64,000 nucleotides of DNA, from the IMG/VR virus record IMGVR_UViG_3300032116_000004, positions 1 through 64,000 of that record. One strand, given 5' to 3'. Positions 29,403 through 37,502 of the stretch are shown piece after piece. The notes beneath the pieces were generated by a model. The model worked only from the letters and a program-made list of their open reading frames with translations. It searched no databases and had not been told where the DNA came from. Positions within the stretch are counted from its first letter, which is position 1. Each line of letters starts with the position of its first letter. The position numbers and the translations under genes were made by a program.

Positions 29403-31063
29403 CTACCAATGTTTACATAGGCTGGGACAGCCGAGAACCCATAGCCGCCGATGTGTGCGAATACAGCATACAGCAAAACGCATCCGAGCCTGTGACGATC
29501 CATATGCTCAAACAAGATGATCTGAGAGAGAATCTGCTTTACACCAGACCCAGAGACGTGCAGGCCAGCACGGAATTCACCTTCACGAGATTTTTAGTTC
29601 CGCGTCTCAATGACTATAAAGGCTGGGCTATATTTTGTGACTGTGATTTCCTCTGGTTGGGAGACATACAAGAACTCATAGCACAGGCTGACCCACGATA
29701 TGCCGTGATGTTGGTCAAACATGACTATCGCCCACAAAACACTGTCAAGATGGATGGCCAGCGACAAGAGTATTACCCTCGCAAGAATTGGTCCAGCATG
29801 ATATTGTTCAACTGCGGACATAAATCAAACGAATGGCTCACGCCCTATCATATCAACAATGCCACCGGACAGGAACTACACAGATTCTCTTGGCTCAAAG
29901 AAGAAGAAATTGGCGAACTCAGACCCGAGTGGAACTGGTTGGTAGGATGGTATCATCAGCCATGGGATGGCACACCCAAAGCTCTGCATTACACCGAAGG
30001 CGGCCCCTGGTTTGACAACTACAGCCATTGTGCTTACAGCGATGTATGGAAAGAATATCAATGTGATCTGCGTGCCAAACAAGTGGATCACAGCACCAAA
30101 GAGATCGATAATCTTGATTACCCCCAGGAACTACGGCAGTTACTCAAGGATGTGGTCTGGTCTATCCAAGACAGCAAAAATCTCTACGGTTACAACCAAC
30201 ACGGTTATGATGATGTGTGCCAGCGTATCCAGAGATATGCCTGTGATCCAGAACAAAAGCAATTAATAGGAATAAGTGAAATGGAAGACGTCAGCCGCAA
30301 GGCCAAAGAAAAAGGTATCAAGTATGATGGCATAGTGCATAGTTTTGTCACCGGTGCCATGGGACGCATCAGTCCCTGGGTAGATGTGGAGCACAGCGAC
30401 AACCCTATCGCTCTGCGCAGTATCACCAAGAAAAAAATAATGCAACGATGCGAACAACAGGGCCGAGACTACTACTATATCGACACAGGATATTTTGGTA
30501 ACGGAAAACTCAAAGACTATCACAGAGTGACCAAGAATGCCATGCAATGGTTAGGTCCCATCCAAGATCGGCCTAGTGATAGATTAGACCGCACCAGAGT
30601 CCGACCCTATCGTCACACACCAGGCAGTAAGATCTTGATCTGTCCGCCCAGCGAGAAAGCTATGAAATATTGGAATCTGGATCTAGATTGCTGGATGGAA
30701 AAGACCATAACCACGATCAAAGAATACACTGATCGAGAGATTGAAGTGCGTCTCAAACAGCCTCGCAGTGTGAGAGCCAGCGTGGATACCATGCAGGATG
30801 CACTCAACCGAGATGTGCATTGTGTGGTCACTTTCAATTCTATCGCCGCGGTGGAAAGTTTGATCTATGGCAAACCAGTGTTTACCATGGGGCCCAATGC
30901 CGCACAGCCATTGTCCAACAAAGATCTATCCACTATAGAAACACCGTTCATGCCGGACACTGATCAGGTCTATGCCCTTTTGCGCTGTCTAGCCTACCAT
31001 CAGTTCACAGTGGAAGAGATGCGCTCAGGCTATGCCTGGGCCGTGATAAACGGACAAGAATGA
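29399..31063 (+). CDS. two-domain glycosyltransferase (GT8-like GT-A plus capsule-synthesis-like GT-B domain)
   Basis: IGWDSRE, STEFTFTRFLVP, FCDCDFL, YPRKNWSS, HYTEGGPW; C-terminal IDTGYF, VTFNS.AAVE...GKPVF, QFTVEEM.SG. Confidence 0.78.
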   Translation: MTTNVYIGWDSREPIAADVCEYSIQQNASEPVTIHMLKQDDLRENLLYTRPRDVQASTEFTFTRFLVPRLNDYKGWAIFCDCDFLWLGDIQELIAQADPRYAVMLVKHDYRPQNTVKMDGQRQEYYPRKNWSSMILFNCGHKSNEWLTPYHINNATGQELHRFSWLKEEEIGELRPEWNWLVGWYHQPWDGTPKALHYTEGGPWFDNYSHCAYSDVWKEYQCDLRAKQVDHSTKEIDNLDYPQELRQLLKDVVWSIQDSKNLYGYNQHGYDDVCQRIQRYACDPEQKQLIGISEMEDVSRKAKEKGIKYDGIVHSFVTGAMGRISPWVDVEHSDNPIALRSITKKKIMQRCEQQGRDYYYIDTGYFGNGKLKDYHRVTKNAMQWLGPIQDRPSDRLDRTRVRPYRHTPGSKILICPPSEKAMKYWNLDLDCWMEKTITTIKEYTDREIEVRLKQPRSVRASVDTMQDALNRDVHCVVTFNSIAAVESLIYGKPVFTMGPNAAQPLSNKDLSTIETPFMPDTDQVYALLRCLAYHQFTVEEMRSGYAWAVINGQE

Positions 31064-32013
31064 AAATAGCTGTATACCTCTCTGGTGTTCCTAGGAAATC
31101 TAAAAACGAATTCAAGCGCGATATCTTGACTAGATTTGCCCATGGTGCCAAGTTGGCCGGAGATGAAGTATATCTAGTGACCCAAGACGAACCTGTAGAA
31201 TGTGATGTGGCAGTGCTCCAAGGCTGGATAGGAATGAAAACCGGCGCACACCTCGAAGTGCGCCGTCGGGTGATCAAACAACAACGGCGAAGCAATGGAC
31301 ATACTTTGGCCATGGACAGCAATCTGTTTGGTTTCTTGGAACCTGCAGATTTCAATCGTTATCTGCGTTATAGCCTAGACGACGTGTTTCCTGACACTGG
31401 TTATTATTTTGATCGCGACCCGGATCTACAACGCTGGCAACGAATCAAAGCCCATTATGGTTTCGCCGAGCGCGGATGGAGCAACAACGGTCGCAATATC
31501 TTGGTCGCACTGCAACGCAATGGCGGTTGGAGCATGGGCGACGTTCCGGTGCAACAGTGGTTGGATACCTTGTTGCCTCAGATACGCCAGCACACTGATC
31601 GACCCATTGTGATCAGACCTCACCCAGGAAATCTAGCCATAGTGCCTACCATACAACTACCATCTGTGGCCCAGGTTGCCTGGAGCACACAACAAGACAT
31701 CAGAGAAGATCTCAATCAAACCTGGGCCACAGTGACCTACAATTCCAGTCCAGGTGTGGCCAGCATACTGTGGGGAGTTCCTGCATTTGTCACAGATCCT
31801 CGACCTGCCAAAAGCCAAGCCTGGCCCTGGGCCAGCAACAACATAGCAGAGATCGAATCACCACGCCGTGGTGATCGACAAGAGTTTTATACTAAACTAG
31901 CACAATGCCATTGGAGCTCGGAAGAGATCTCCAGCGGTGAAGCCTGGCGATTCATGCGTCAGCGCCTGCCAAAGATTCCTTGCCAATACCCCACACTGCT
32001 GTTCAATCCTTGA
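31060..32013 (+). CDS. capsule polysaccharide synthesis-like (KpsS/KpsC-like) glycosyltransferase
   Basis: LVALQ, IVIRPHP, VTYNSS.GV.S..WGVP, HWS.EEI.SG.AW. Confidence 0.6.
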   Translation: MKIAVYLSGVPRKSKNEFKRDILTRFAHGAKLAGDEVYLVTQDEPVECDVAVLQGWIGMKTGAHLEVRRRVIKQQRRSNGHTLAMDSNLFGFLEPADFNRYLRYSLDDVFPDTGYYFDRDPDLQRWQRIKAHYGFAERGWSNNGRNILVALQRNGGWSMGDVPVQQWLDTLLPQIRQHTDRPIVIRPHPGNLAIVPTIQLPSVAQVAWSTQQDIREDLNQTWATVTYNSSPGVASILWGVPAFVTDPRPAKSQAWPWASNNIAEIESPRRGDRQEFYTKLAQCHWSSEEISSGEAWRFMRQRLPKIPCQYPTLLFNP

Positions 32014-32798
32014 TTGCGATCATAATCATCGGGTAGGCTATGTCCCAAGGCCTTGCGTTTAGAGCCTTTCATGTGATCCATGTATAGGCCCAAGCGACTG
32101 GCGATAAAAGGATGCCCTGGGCCTTTGCCCGGCAGTTCGGGACTGAGATTGTGGAAAGAGGTCTGTCGTTGCGTCTGGAAGTCTTTGCGGATCACGTCAA
32201 ATACAAAACTGTCATGATATTCGCGCAGGCGGAAAAGATCTCCTGTGACATAAAGATCATGCCAACGGTCCATGAAACTGAGCAAATCGGGATGGCGCCG
32301 ATTATAGGCCACCCATCCGCATTCGCTGTGATATTTTTCCCTGCGTCCCAGATAACAGGCCATTGCTGAATCTTCGCATATGGTGCTCAAGAAATTTTCC
32401 GGAACGTCCTGGAAAGTCACTGTGTCTGCATCTAACCATATCACCCAGTCGCTGTCTAGAGTGCGGCAAGCATGGATCACAGCAAAGACCTTGTGGCTGA
32501 ATCTCACTGCATCCCACTTGAAAGCATTGTCTTTGAACGGTACTCCGGTGTCTTTGGCCACCAACCCATTGGCCATGGGATCGTTGCCCCAGCGATTTTT
32601 GAAATTTACCAAATCTGGTGACTGTGCCAACAGATCCAGGATCTTCACACGATCGCTGGGCGATCTGGGCTGGCAATTTTCTGCATATACTATCAGTTCC
32701 ACATCTCCGGGCCAATGGCGATCAAAAGCGTCGATCATGCGCTGGCCATATTGTTTGAGACCCGGGGCATGGAACGTGGTAATTACTGTGTATTTCAT
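31959..32798 (-). CDS. GT-A fold glycosyltransferase
   Basis: VITTF, WDAVRFSHKV, WLDAD, YLGR...SECGW, E.HDS.VFD, DHMKG; TAAATA 7 nt before ATG 32798. Confidence 0.75.
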   Translation of the reverse strand: MKYTVITTFHAPGLKQYGQRMIDAFDRHWPGDVELIVYAENCQPRSPSDRVKILDLLAQSPDLVNFKNRWGNDPMANGLVAKDTGVPFKDNAFKWDAVRFSHKVFAVIHACRTLDSDWVIWLDADTVTFQDVPENFLSTICEDSAMACYLGRREKYHSECGWVAYNRRHPDLLSFMDRWHDLYVTGDLFRLREYHDSFVFDVIRKDFQTQRQTSFHNLSPELPGKGPGHPFIASRLGLYMDHMKGSKRKALGHSLPDDYDRNQGLNSSVGYWQGIFGRR

Positions 32799-32811
32799 CG
32801 CAGGATATTTA

Positions 32812-33660
32812 GTGATCAAGACCATCGCCTATTTTCCATCTCAGTGCGCTCTCAACAGCAAAGAAGTGTTGGGAGCCTTTTTGGATCGATGTTCTCAACA
32901 GGGATGGCAACGTAGAGAAAATTCTCTAGATGCGGATGTAGCGGTGATCTGGTCGGTGTTGTGGCACGGTCGCATGCAACCCAATCGTTCAGTGTATCAG
33001 CATTATAAAAATCTCGGCCGACCGGTGATAGTGATAGATGTGGGCGCACTGAAACGTGGGCACACATGGAAGATCGCTGTGGACAACATCACCGCACAGG
33101 GATACTATGGACACACCACGGATCTTGATTGGGATCGCCCTGCCAAATTGGGAGTTAAACTATATCCAGTGCGCTTGGGCCAACCACGATTGATCATAGC
33201 CGCGCAACACAAACAGAGTTTCCAGGTAGAATCATTGCCCAGCATGGAACACTGGATCAATCAACAAATCGCCTTGGCTCGTTCACACACAGACTTGCCC
33301 ATAGTCGTGAGACCACATCCCAGGAGTGCATTGGATCCAGGTCTTTTGCCTCGAGATGTGACCATAGAAATGCCTCGCCCTATAAAAAATACCTACGATG
33401 ATTTTGATATCAATTATGACTGCAGGGCCTTGATAAATTATAACAGTGGCTCGGGCATACAGGCCGCCCTGTCTGGTTGCCAAGTCATCGTGGATCCCAG
33501 CAGTTTGGCTGCTCCTATTCGTACCAAATACGAGGATCTAGACACGTTGGTAGATCACGACAGAGATCGATGGTTAGTTGAGATATGCCACACAGAATAC
33601 ACAGTTGATGAAATAAGACAAGGTTCATGGTTAAAAAGAATAAAAACCGCGCTGTCGTAG
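32812..33660 (+). CDS. capsule polysaccharide synthesis-like (KpsS/KpsC-like) glycosyltransferase
   Basis: GTG start; WSVLW.GRM, VVRPHP, INYNSG.GI.A, EYT.DEI..G.W. Confidence 0.6.
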   Translation: MIKTIAYFPSQCALNSKEVLGAFLDRCSQQGWQRRENSLDADVAVIWSVLWHGRMQPNRSVYQHYKNLGRPVIVIDVGALKRGHTWKIAVDNITAQGYYGHTTDLDWDRPAKLGVKLYPVRLGQPRLIIAAQHKQSFQVESLPSMEHWINQQIALARSHTDLPIVVRPHPRSALDPGLLPRDVTIEMPRPIKNTYDDFDINYDCRALINYNSGSGIQAALSGCQVIVDPSSLAAPIRTKYEDLDTLVDHDRDRWLVEICHTEYTVDEIRQGSWLKRIKTALS

Positions 33661-34385
33661 AAACAGCGACATTGGAGCATATTGATTGCGCCTGCTTGAT
33701 ACACGACACCTTGTATCCATGGGACTATGTGGACAAACTCTACAATGCTCTTTGTCGCAATCTTTCTCTGCCGGTGAGAATGCATGTTTATACCGAAAGC
33801 AACAGAGTAGTGCCTGGTCACATGATACATCATGCCTTGGAAGAATGGCCTGGTGTGCGCGGCCCCAAACGATCGTGGTGGTACAAGATACAGTTATTCA
33901 ACCCACGGCATCATAGAGGACCCATGCTGTATTTGGATCTGGACACAGTGATCGTAGGCAATCTTGATTGGGTGTGGCGATTGCCCACGGATAGATTCTG
34001 GGCTGTGCAAGACTTCAAATATCTGTTCCGGCCCAGTAAAATAGCCATGAACTCCAGCATGATGTGGTTTGATCCTGCGAAGTTCGCGCACATTTATCAG
34101 CATTTTGATCCTGGGCAAATAGCACACAAACGCACGGCATGGCACGGTGATCAGGACTATCTACATGAGATACTGGGTCCTGGCCGAGAAAATTACTTTG
34201 AAAAAACCAGGGTGCAAAGTTGGCGCTGGCAACTCAAAGATGGAGGATTTGATTTTCGCACCCGTAAATATCTAGCCCCCGGCACTGGAACACACATACC
34301 AGATTCTACCAGTGTGTTGATTTTCCATGGCAGTCCCAAACCACACGAAGTGAAAGATGCTGTGATTGAACAGCACTGGTGCTAA
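33627..34385 (+). CDS. GT8-like glycosyltransferase
   Basis: YV.KL, WWYKIQLF, LYLDLDTVI, NSSMM, GDQDY, FHGSPKPHE. Confidence 0.8.
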   Translation: MVKKNKNRAVVETATLEHIDCACLIHDTLYPWDYVDKLYNALCRNLSLPVRMHVYTESNRVVPGHMIHHALEEWPGVRGPKRSWWYKIQLFNPRHHRGPMLYLDLDTVIVGNLDWVWRLPTDRFWAVQDFKYLFRPSKIAMNSSMMWFDPAKFAHIYQHFDPGQIAHKRTAWHGDQDYLHEILGPGRENYFEKTRVQSWRWQLKDGGFDFRTRKYLAPGTGTHIPDSTSVLIFHGSPKPHEVKDAVIEQHWC

Positions 34386-34494
34386 ATACTATGTGCGGTT
34401 CGGATACGGCTGTATCGCACGATAAAGATCCGGGTGCGCTAAGCCAAGCGATAGCCAGCCTAATGTCGTATTTAGATATTCAAAAGGAAAAATT

Positions 34495-34938
34495 ATGGCA
34501 AGCGTATTATTCCGCGGACGTGTTTTTGCAACACCCTCGGCAACAACAATTTTAATCGATGGCAATGAAGTTTTTAGCGGACAAGTAGGAGTTGGACAAC
34601 CGCTAGACACAGAAATTACATTGTTTTCTACAGATATTCCAGTGACAGGCAACGCTGTTGTTACTGCCCCTGTGTCAGTATCTGTCACATCCGGTGTAAT
34701 CACTGTGGGGCAAGTAGTCCGTTCAACTGATCCATCTACCTGTGGCTTTGATATGAGAAACAACGACATCCTAATCAACGGACAAGCACCTGAATGGCCA
34801 GCCACACCAGTGGATCCAATGCCAGGCGGCACGCCCCAGAGCCCCATCTGGAGCGGTTGGTTTTTTGAAATCAGCGCAGGAGAGACCATCACGTTCACTA
34901 TTGATGTAACAAATCCAGGTAATGTATCACCCACCTGA
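34495..34938 (+). CDS. hypothetical protein (beta-rich, possibly structural)
   Basis: AAGGA RBS; own TAAATA (34383) and downstream terminator. Confidence 0.7.
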   Translation: MASVLFRGRVFATPSATTILIDGNEVFSGQVGVGQPLDTEITLFSTDIPVTGNAVVTAPVSVSVTSGVITVGQVVRSTDPSTCGFDMRNNDILINGQAPEWPATPVDPMPGGTPQSPIWSGWFFEISAGETITFTIDVTNPGNVSPT

Positions 34939-34959
34939 TATAGTTTCAAATGGTAAAAC

Positions 34960-34986
34960 AACCCTGCCTTCGGCAGGGTTTTTTTG
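34960..34986 (+). terminator. rho-independent terminator
   Basis: AACCCTGCC-TTC-GGCAGGGTT plus T-run. Confidence 0.85.
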
Positions 34987-34989
34987 TGG

Positions 34990-35018
34990 TTGACCACAAA
35001 ATCCTTTTTCCGTAAAAT
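34990..35018 (+). promoter_or_regulatory. sigma70-like early promoter
   Basis: TTGACC-17-TAAAAT. Confidence 0.65.
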
Positions 35019-35095
35019 ACAATTATAGTAAATTTTAGCAGAATAGATCTGTGGCAAAAAAACAACACCCATAAAATGGGGGATTTTTGCCCAGG

Positions 35096-35124
35096 TTGAC
35101 CAGAATTAGCCATTTTGCTATAAT
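35096..35124 (+). promoter_or_regulatory. sigma70-like early promoter
   Basis: TTGACC-17-TATAAT, then AGGAG RBS and ATG 35157. Confidence 0.8.
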
Positions 35125-35156
35125 ATGGGTATAGTAACAAAAAAGGAGCCTAGACA

Positions 35157-36182
35157 ATGACGCAAGTCCTCATCAAGCGCGGTGTGTATCGCAATCAACC
35201 CATCGTGAACACCAACTTCACCCTAGTGAAAGATTTCTCCAGTTCGGCAAAAGGCAATTTCGTAACCGTGCAAAACGGCGATAATTTTCCTGGCTTTCCT
35301 GACGAGATCCGTGTTAAACTAGACTCTATCGAAGACATCGAAATCACCGGAGGTATTGTGTCGCAATCTAACAAGGTAGTAGAATTTAAAAAGACCGAAA
35401 AACCTGAAGAAACTGACGAAGAAATCATGGATCGTATTGAGCAACGGTTCGGGATCCTAGACGACATGACCAAGGCCGCCATCGCTGGCGACATCCGTGC
35501 CATGATTGTCACAGGCCCTCCTGGAGTGGGCAAATCCTACGGGGTAGAGTATCAACTGGAAAAGGCCGGCTTGTTTGATAACATCAGCGGTCGCAAGATC
35601 AAGTATGAAGTGATCAAAGGTGCCATGACTCCTATAGGATTGTATTGCACCTTGTATAAACATTCGGACCCTAAAAACGTCTTGGTGTTTGACGACTGCG
35701 ACTCCATTCTGCTAGATGACATCGCGCTGAACATCTTGAAAGCCGCTCTGGACTCGGGCAAAAAACGTCGTATCCATTGGAATTCAGACTCTTCGATGTT
35801 GCGCCGTGAAGGTGTTCCTGACCAGTTCGACTTCAAGGGTTCGGTGATTTTCATCACCAATCTAAAGTTTGATCATCTCAAGAGCAAGAAACTGCAAGAT
35901 CATCTTGAGGCTTTGCAGAGTCGCTGTCACTTCCTGGACCTTACGCTGAACACCACCCGCGACAAGATCCTGCGCATCAAGCAGATCTTCCGCAAAGGTG
36001 ACTTGTTCCAGGACTATGATTTCTCACCCGAACAGGGCGATGAGATTGTCCAATTCATGCAGGACAACCATGCCCGCATGCGCGAGATCAGTCTGCGCAT
36101 GGCGCTGAAATTGGCAGACTTGACCAAAGTCAGTTCTAACTGGAAAGCCCTAGCAGAGAATACCTGCATGCGACACGAATAA
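35157..36182 (+). CDS. AAA-family ATPase
   Basis: GPPGVGKS Walker A, LVFDDCD Walker B, IFITN, ALQSRC. Confidence 0.85.
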   Translation: MTQVLIKRGVYRNQPIVNTNFTLVKDFSSSAKGNFVTVQNGDNFPGFPDEIRVKLDSIEDIEITGGIVSQSNKVVEFKKTEKPEETDEEIMDRIEQRFGILDDMTKAAIAGDIRAMIVTGPPGVGKSYGVEYQLEKAGLFDNISGRKIKYEVIKGAMTPIGLYCTLYKHSDPKNVLVFDDCDSILLDDIALNILKAALDSGKKRRIHWNSDSSMLRREGVPDQFDFKGSVIFITNLKFDHLKSKKLQDHLEALQSRCHFLDLTLNTTRDKILRIKQIFRKGDLFQDYDFSPEQGDEIVQFMQDNHARMREISLRMALKLADLTKVSSNWKALAENTCMRHE

Positions 36183-36233
36183 GTTTACCCGGATCGCCAT
36201 CAAATAGTCTAGCTCCTAGGCGATCCGTTTCAC

Positions 36234-36266
36234 AGAGGCACCCTTTAAAAAGGTGCCTCTTTTTTT
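36234..36266 (+). terminator. rho-independent terminator
   Basis: AGAGGCACC...GGTGCCTCT plus T-run. Confidence 0.8.
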
Positions 36267-36285
36267 GACCTCGCTAAGTATTCAC

Positions 36286-37458
36286 ATGGGCAAAGACAAC
36301 AAAATATTTTGCACGGCACCATTTACTACTTTACGAATAGAATCTTATAGTGCCTCAATACCTGGCAAATATGATCAGTATGGAGTGATTTTCAAACCGG
36401 GATGTGTGTATGATCCACAGGGTCCTATATCCAGTCTTGACGAATATCTTCAAGGGCAGGAAATGTCCTGGCACAGAAATAACTTGTTGCAAGGATTGCA
36501 ACCACATCCTGGTTGTCATAGATGTTGGAAATCTGAACAAATTGGTCTAGACAGCACTAGAAAACAGTTGTTGAAAAAACCCTATGCCAGTGACCAGATG
36601 GGTATCAAATTGTTAGATGTTTTTTTTGGCAATGTGTGTAACATGGCCTGTTTTATGTGTGATCCTGAATGGTCCAGCAAACATGCCGAAGAAAGTTACC
36701 AATTGGGATTCATAAAGCAAAGAATCGATGTAAAAGACAACACAGACACAGTGTTGGAAACTATAGATCTGCTACCTGATCTCGAGCAGGTCAGTTTCAT
36801 AGGCGGGGAATTTTTCTTATTCAAAAACAACGTCAAAATTTGCAACAAGATCATTGAAAAAAATCTCGAAGCCAGGATCGTAACCAATGCCAGCGTATTG
36901 ACTGATGAACTTTGGAAAAAGCTTACAGAGATCAAAGCAATTGAAATGCAAATCAGCATAGATGCTATAGAAGAAACCTATGCTCTTATGCGTTACCCTT
37001 ACACCTGGGATACCTTGATCGGCAATTACCAAAAACTGAAACAACTATCAAACATCAAACTCAATTTTCATGTGGTCACACAGGTGCTTAATATTCAAAA
37101 TCTGCATGCCACTTTGGACTGGGCCAATCGAGAACGCACACCAATTTCTTTGCACAATCTATCGCCCGGATGCTGGTCTTGGGACATACTTACCGTTTCT
37201 GAAAAAATCGAACTGAAACAGTATCTACAGGATTGCAATCAAAGATTTAGATTGATATCCAAGCAGACGCAGTGGATACAAGATCTGATTGATGGGTTAG
37301 ACAAGGTTAAATTCAGTCCGCAATGGCGGCAACAGTTTGTGGATAGATTTTCCAAACTTATGAAACATAGGAAAGTTGATATACCGCAAATCCAAAAACA
37401 TTTGGGTATTTTCCGTAGCCTGTTTGACGAGGTCCTAACGGCAATGGATGCACATTAA
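36286..37458 (+). CDS. radical SAM protein
   Basis: FCTAPF, PGC, C.RC, CNMACFMC...WSS, GGEFF, VTNA, SIDA...MRYP; TAAGTA 5 nt before ATG 36286. Confidence 0.85.
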   Translation: MGKDNKIFCTAPFTTLRIESYSASIPGKYDQYGVIFKPGCVYDPQGPISSLDEYLQGQEMSWHRNNLLQGLQPHPGCHRCWKSEQIGLDSTRKQLLKKPYASDQMGIKLLDVFFGNVCNMACFMCDPEWSSKHAEESYQLGFIKQRIDVKDNTDTVLETIDLLPDLEQVSFIGGEFFLFKNNVKICNKIIEKNLEARIVTNASVLTDELWKKLTEIKAIEMQISIDAIEETYALMRYPYTWDTLIGNYQKLKQLSNIKLNFHVVTQVLNIQNLHATLDWANRERTPISLHNLSPGCWSWDILTVSEKIELKQYLQDCNQRFRLISKQTQWIQDLIDGLDKVKFSPQWRQQFVDRFSKLMKHRKVDIPQIQKHLGIFRSLFDEVLTAMDAH

Positions 37459-37465
37459 TCAAATT

Positions 37466-37496
37466 ATTTTGACACACGTCAAAATTAGTGTATAAT
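37466..37496 (+). promoter_or_regulatory. sigma70-like promoter overlapped by an inverted repeat
   Basis: TTGACA(37469)-16-TATAAT(37491); ATTTTGAC-acac-GTCAAAAT palindrome at 37466-37485. Confidence 0.65.
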
Positions 37497-37502
37497 ATCA
37501 CA

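Noticed and set aside
32380-32811. 144-aa N-terminal extension of the 32380-33660 ORF
   Set aside because: It is the antisense of the minus-strand glycosyltransferase; protein-like sequence begins at GTG 32812
34420-34465. Resemblance to the 3' half of a c-di-GMP-I riboswitch (AAAG..CGGG..CTAAG..GATAGCCAG)
   Set aside because: The GGCAAA..GAAA..GACGC first half is missing; kept only as an unnamed structured leader
34389-35072. 227-aa minus-strand ORF
   Set aside because: Crosses a plus-strand terminator, promoter and the RBS-supported 34495 gene
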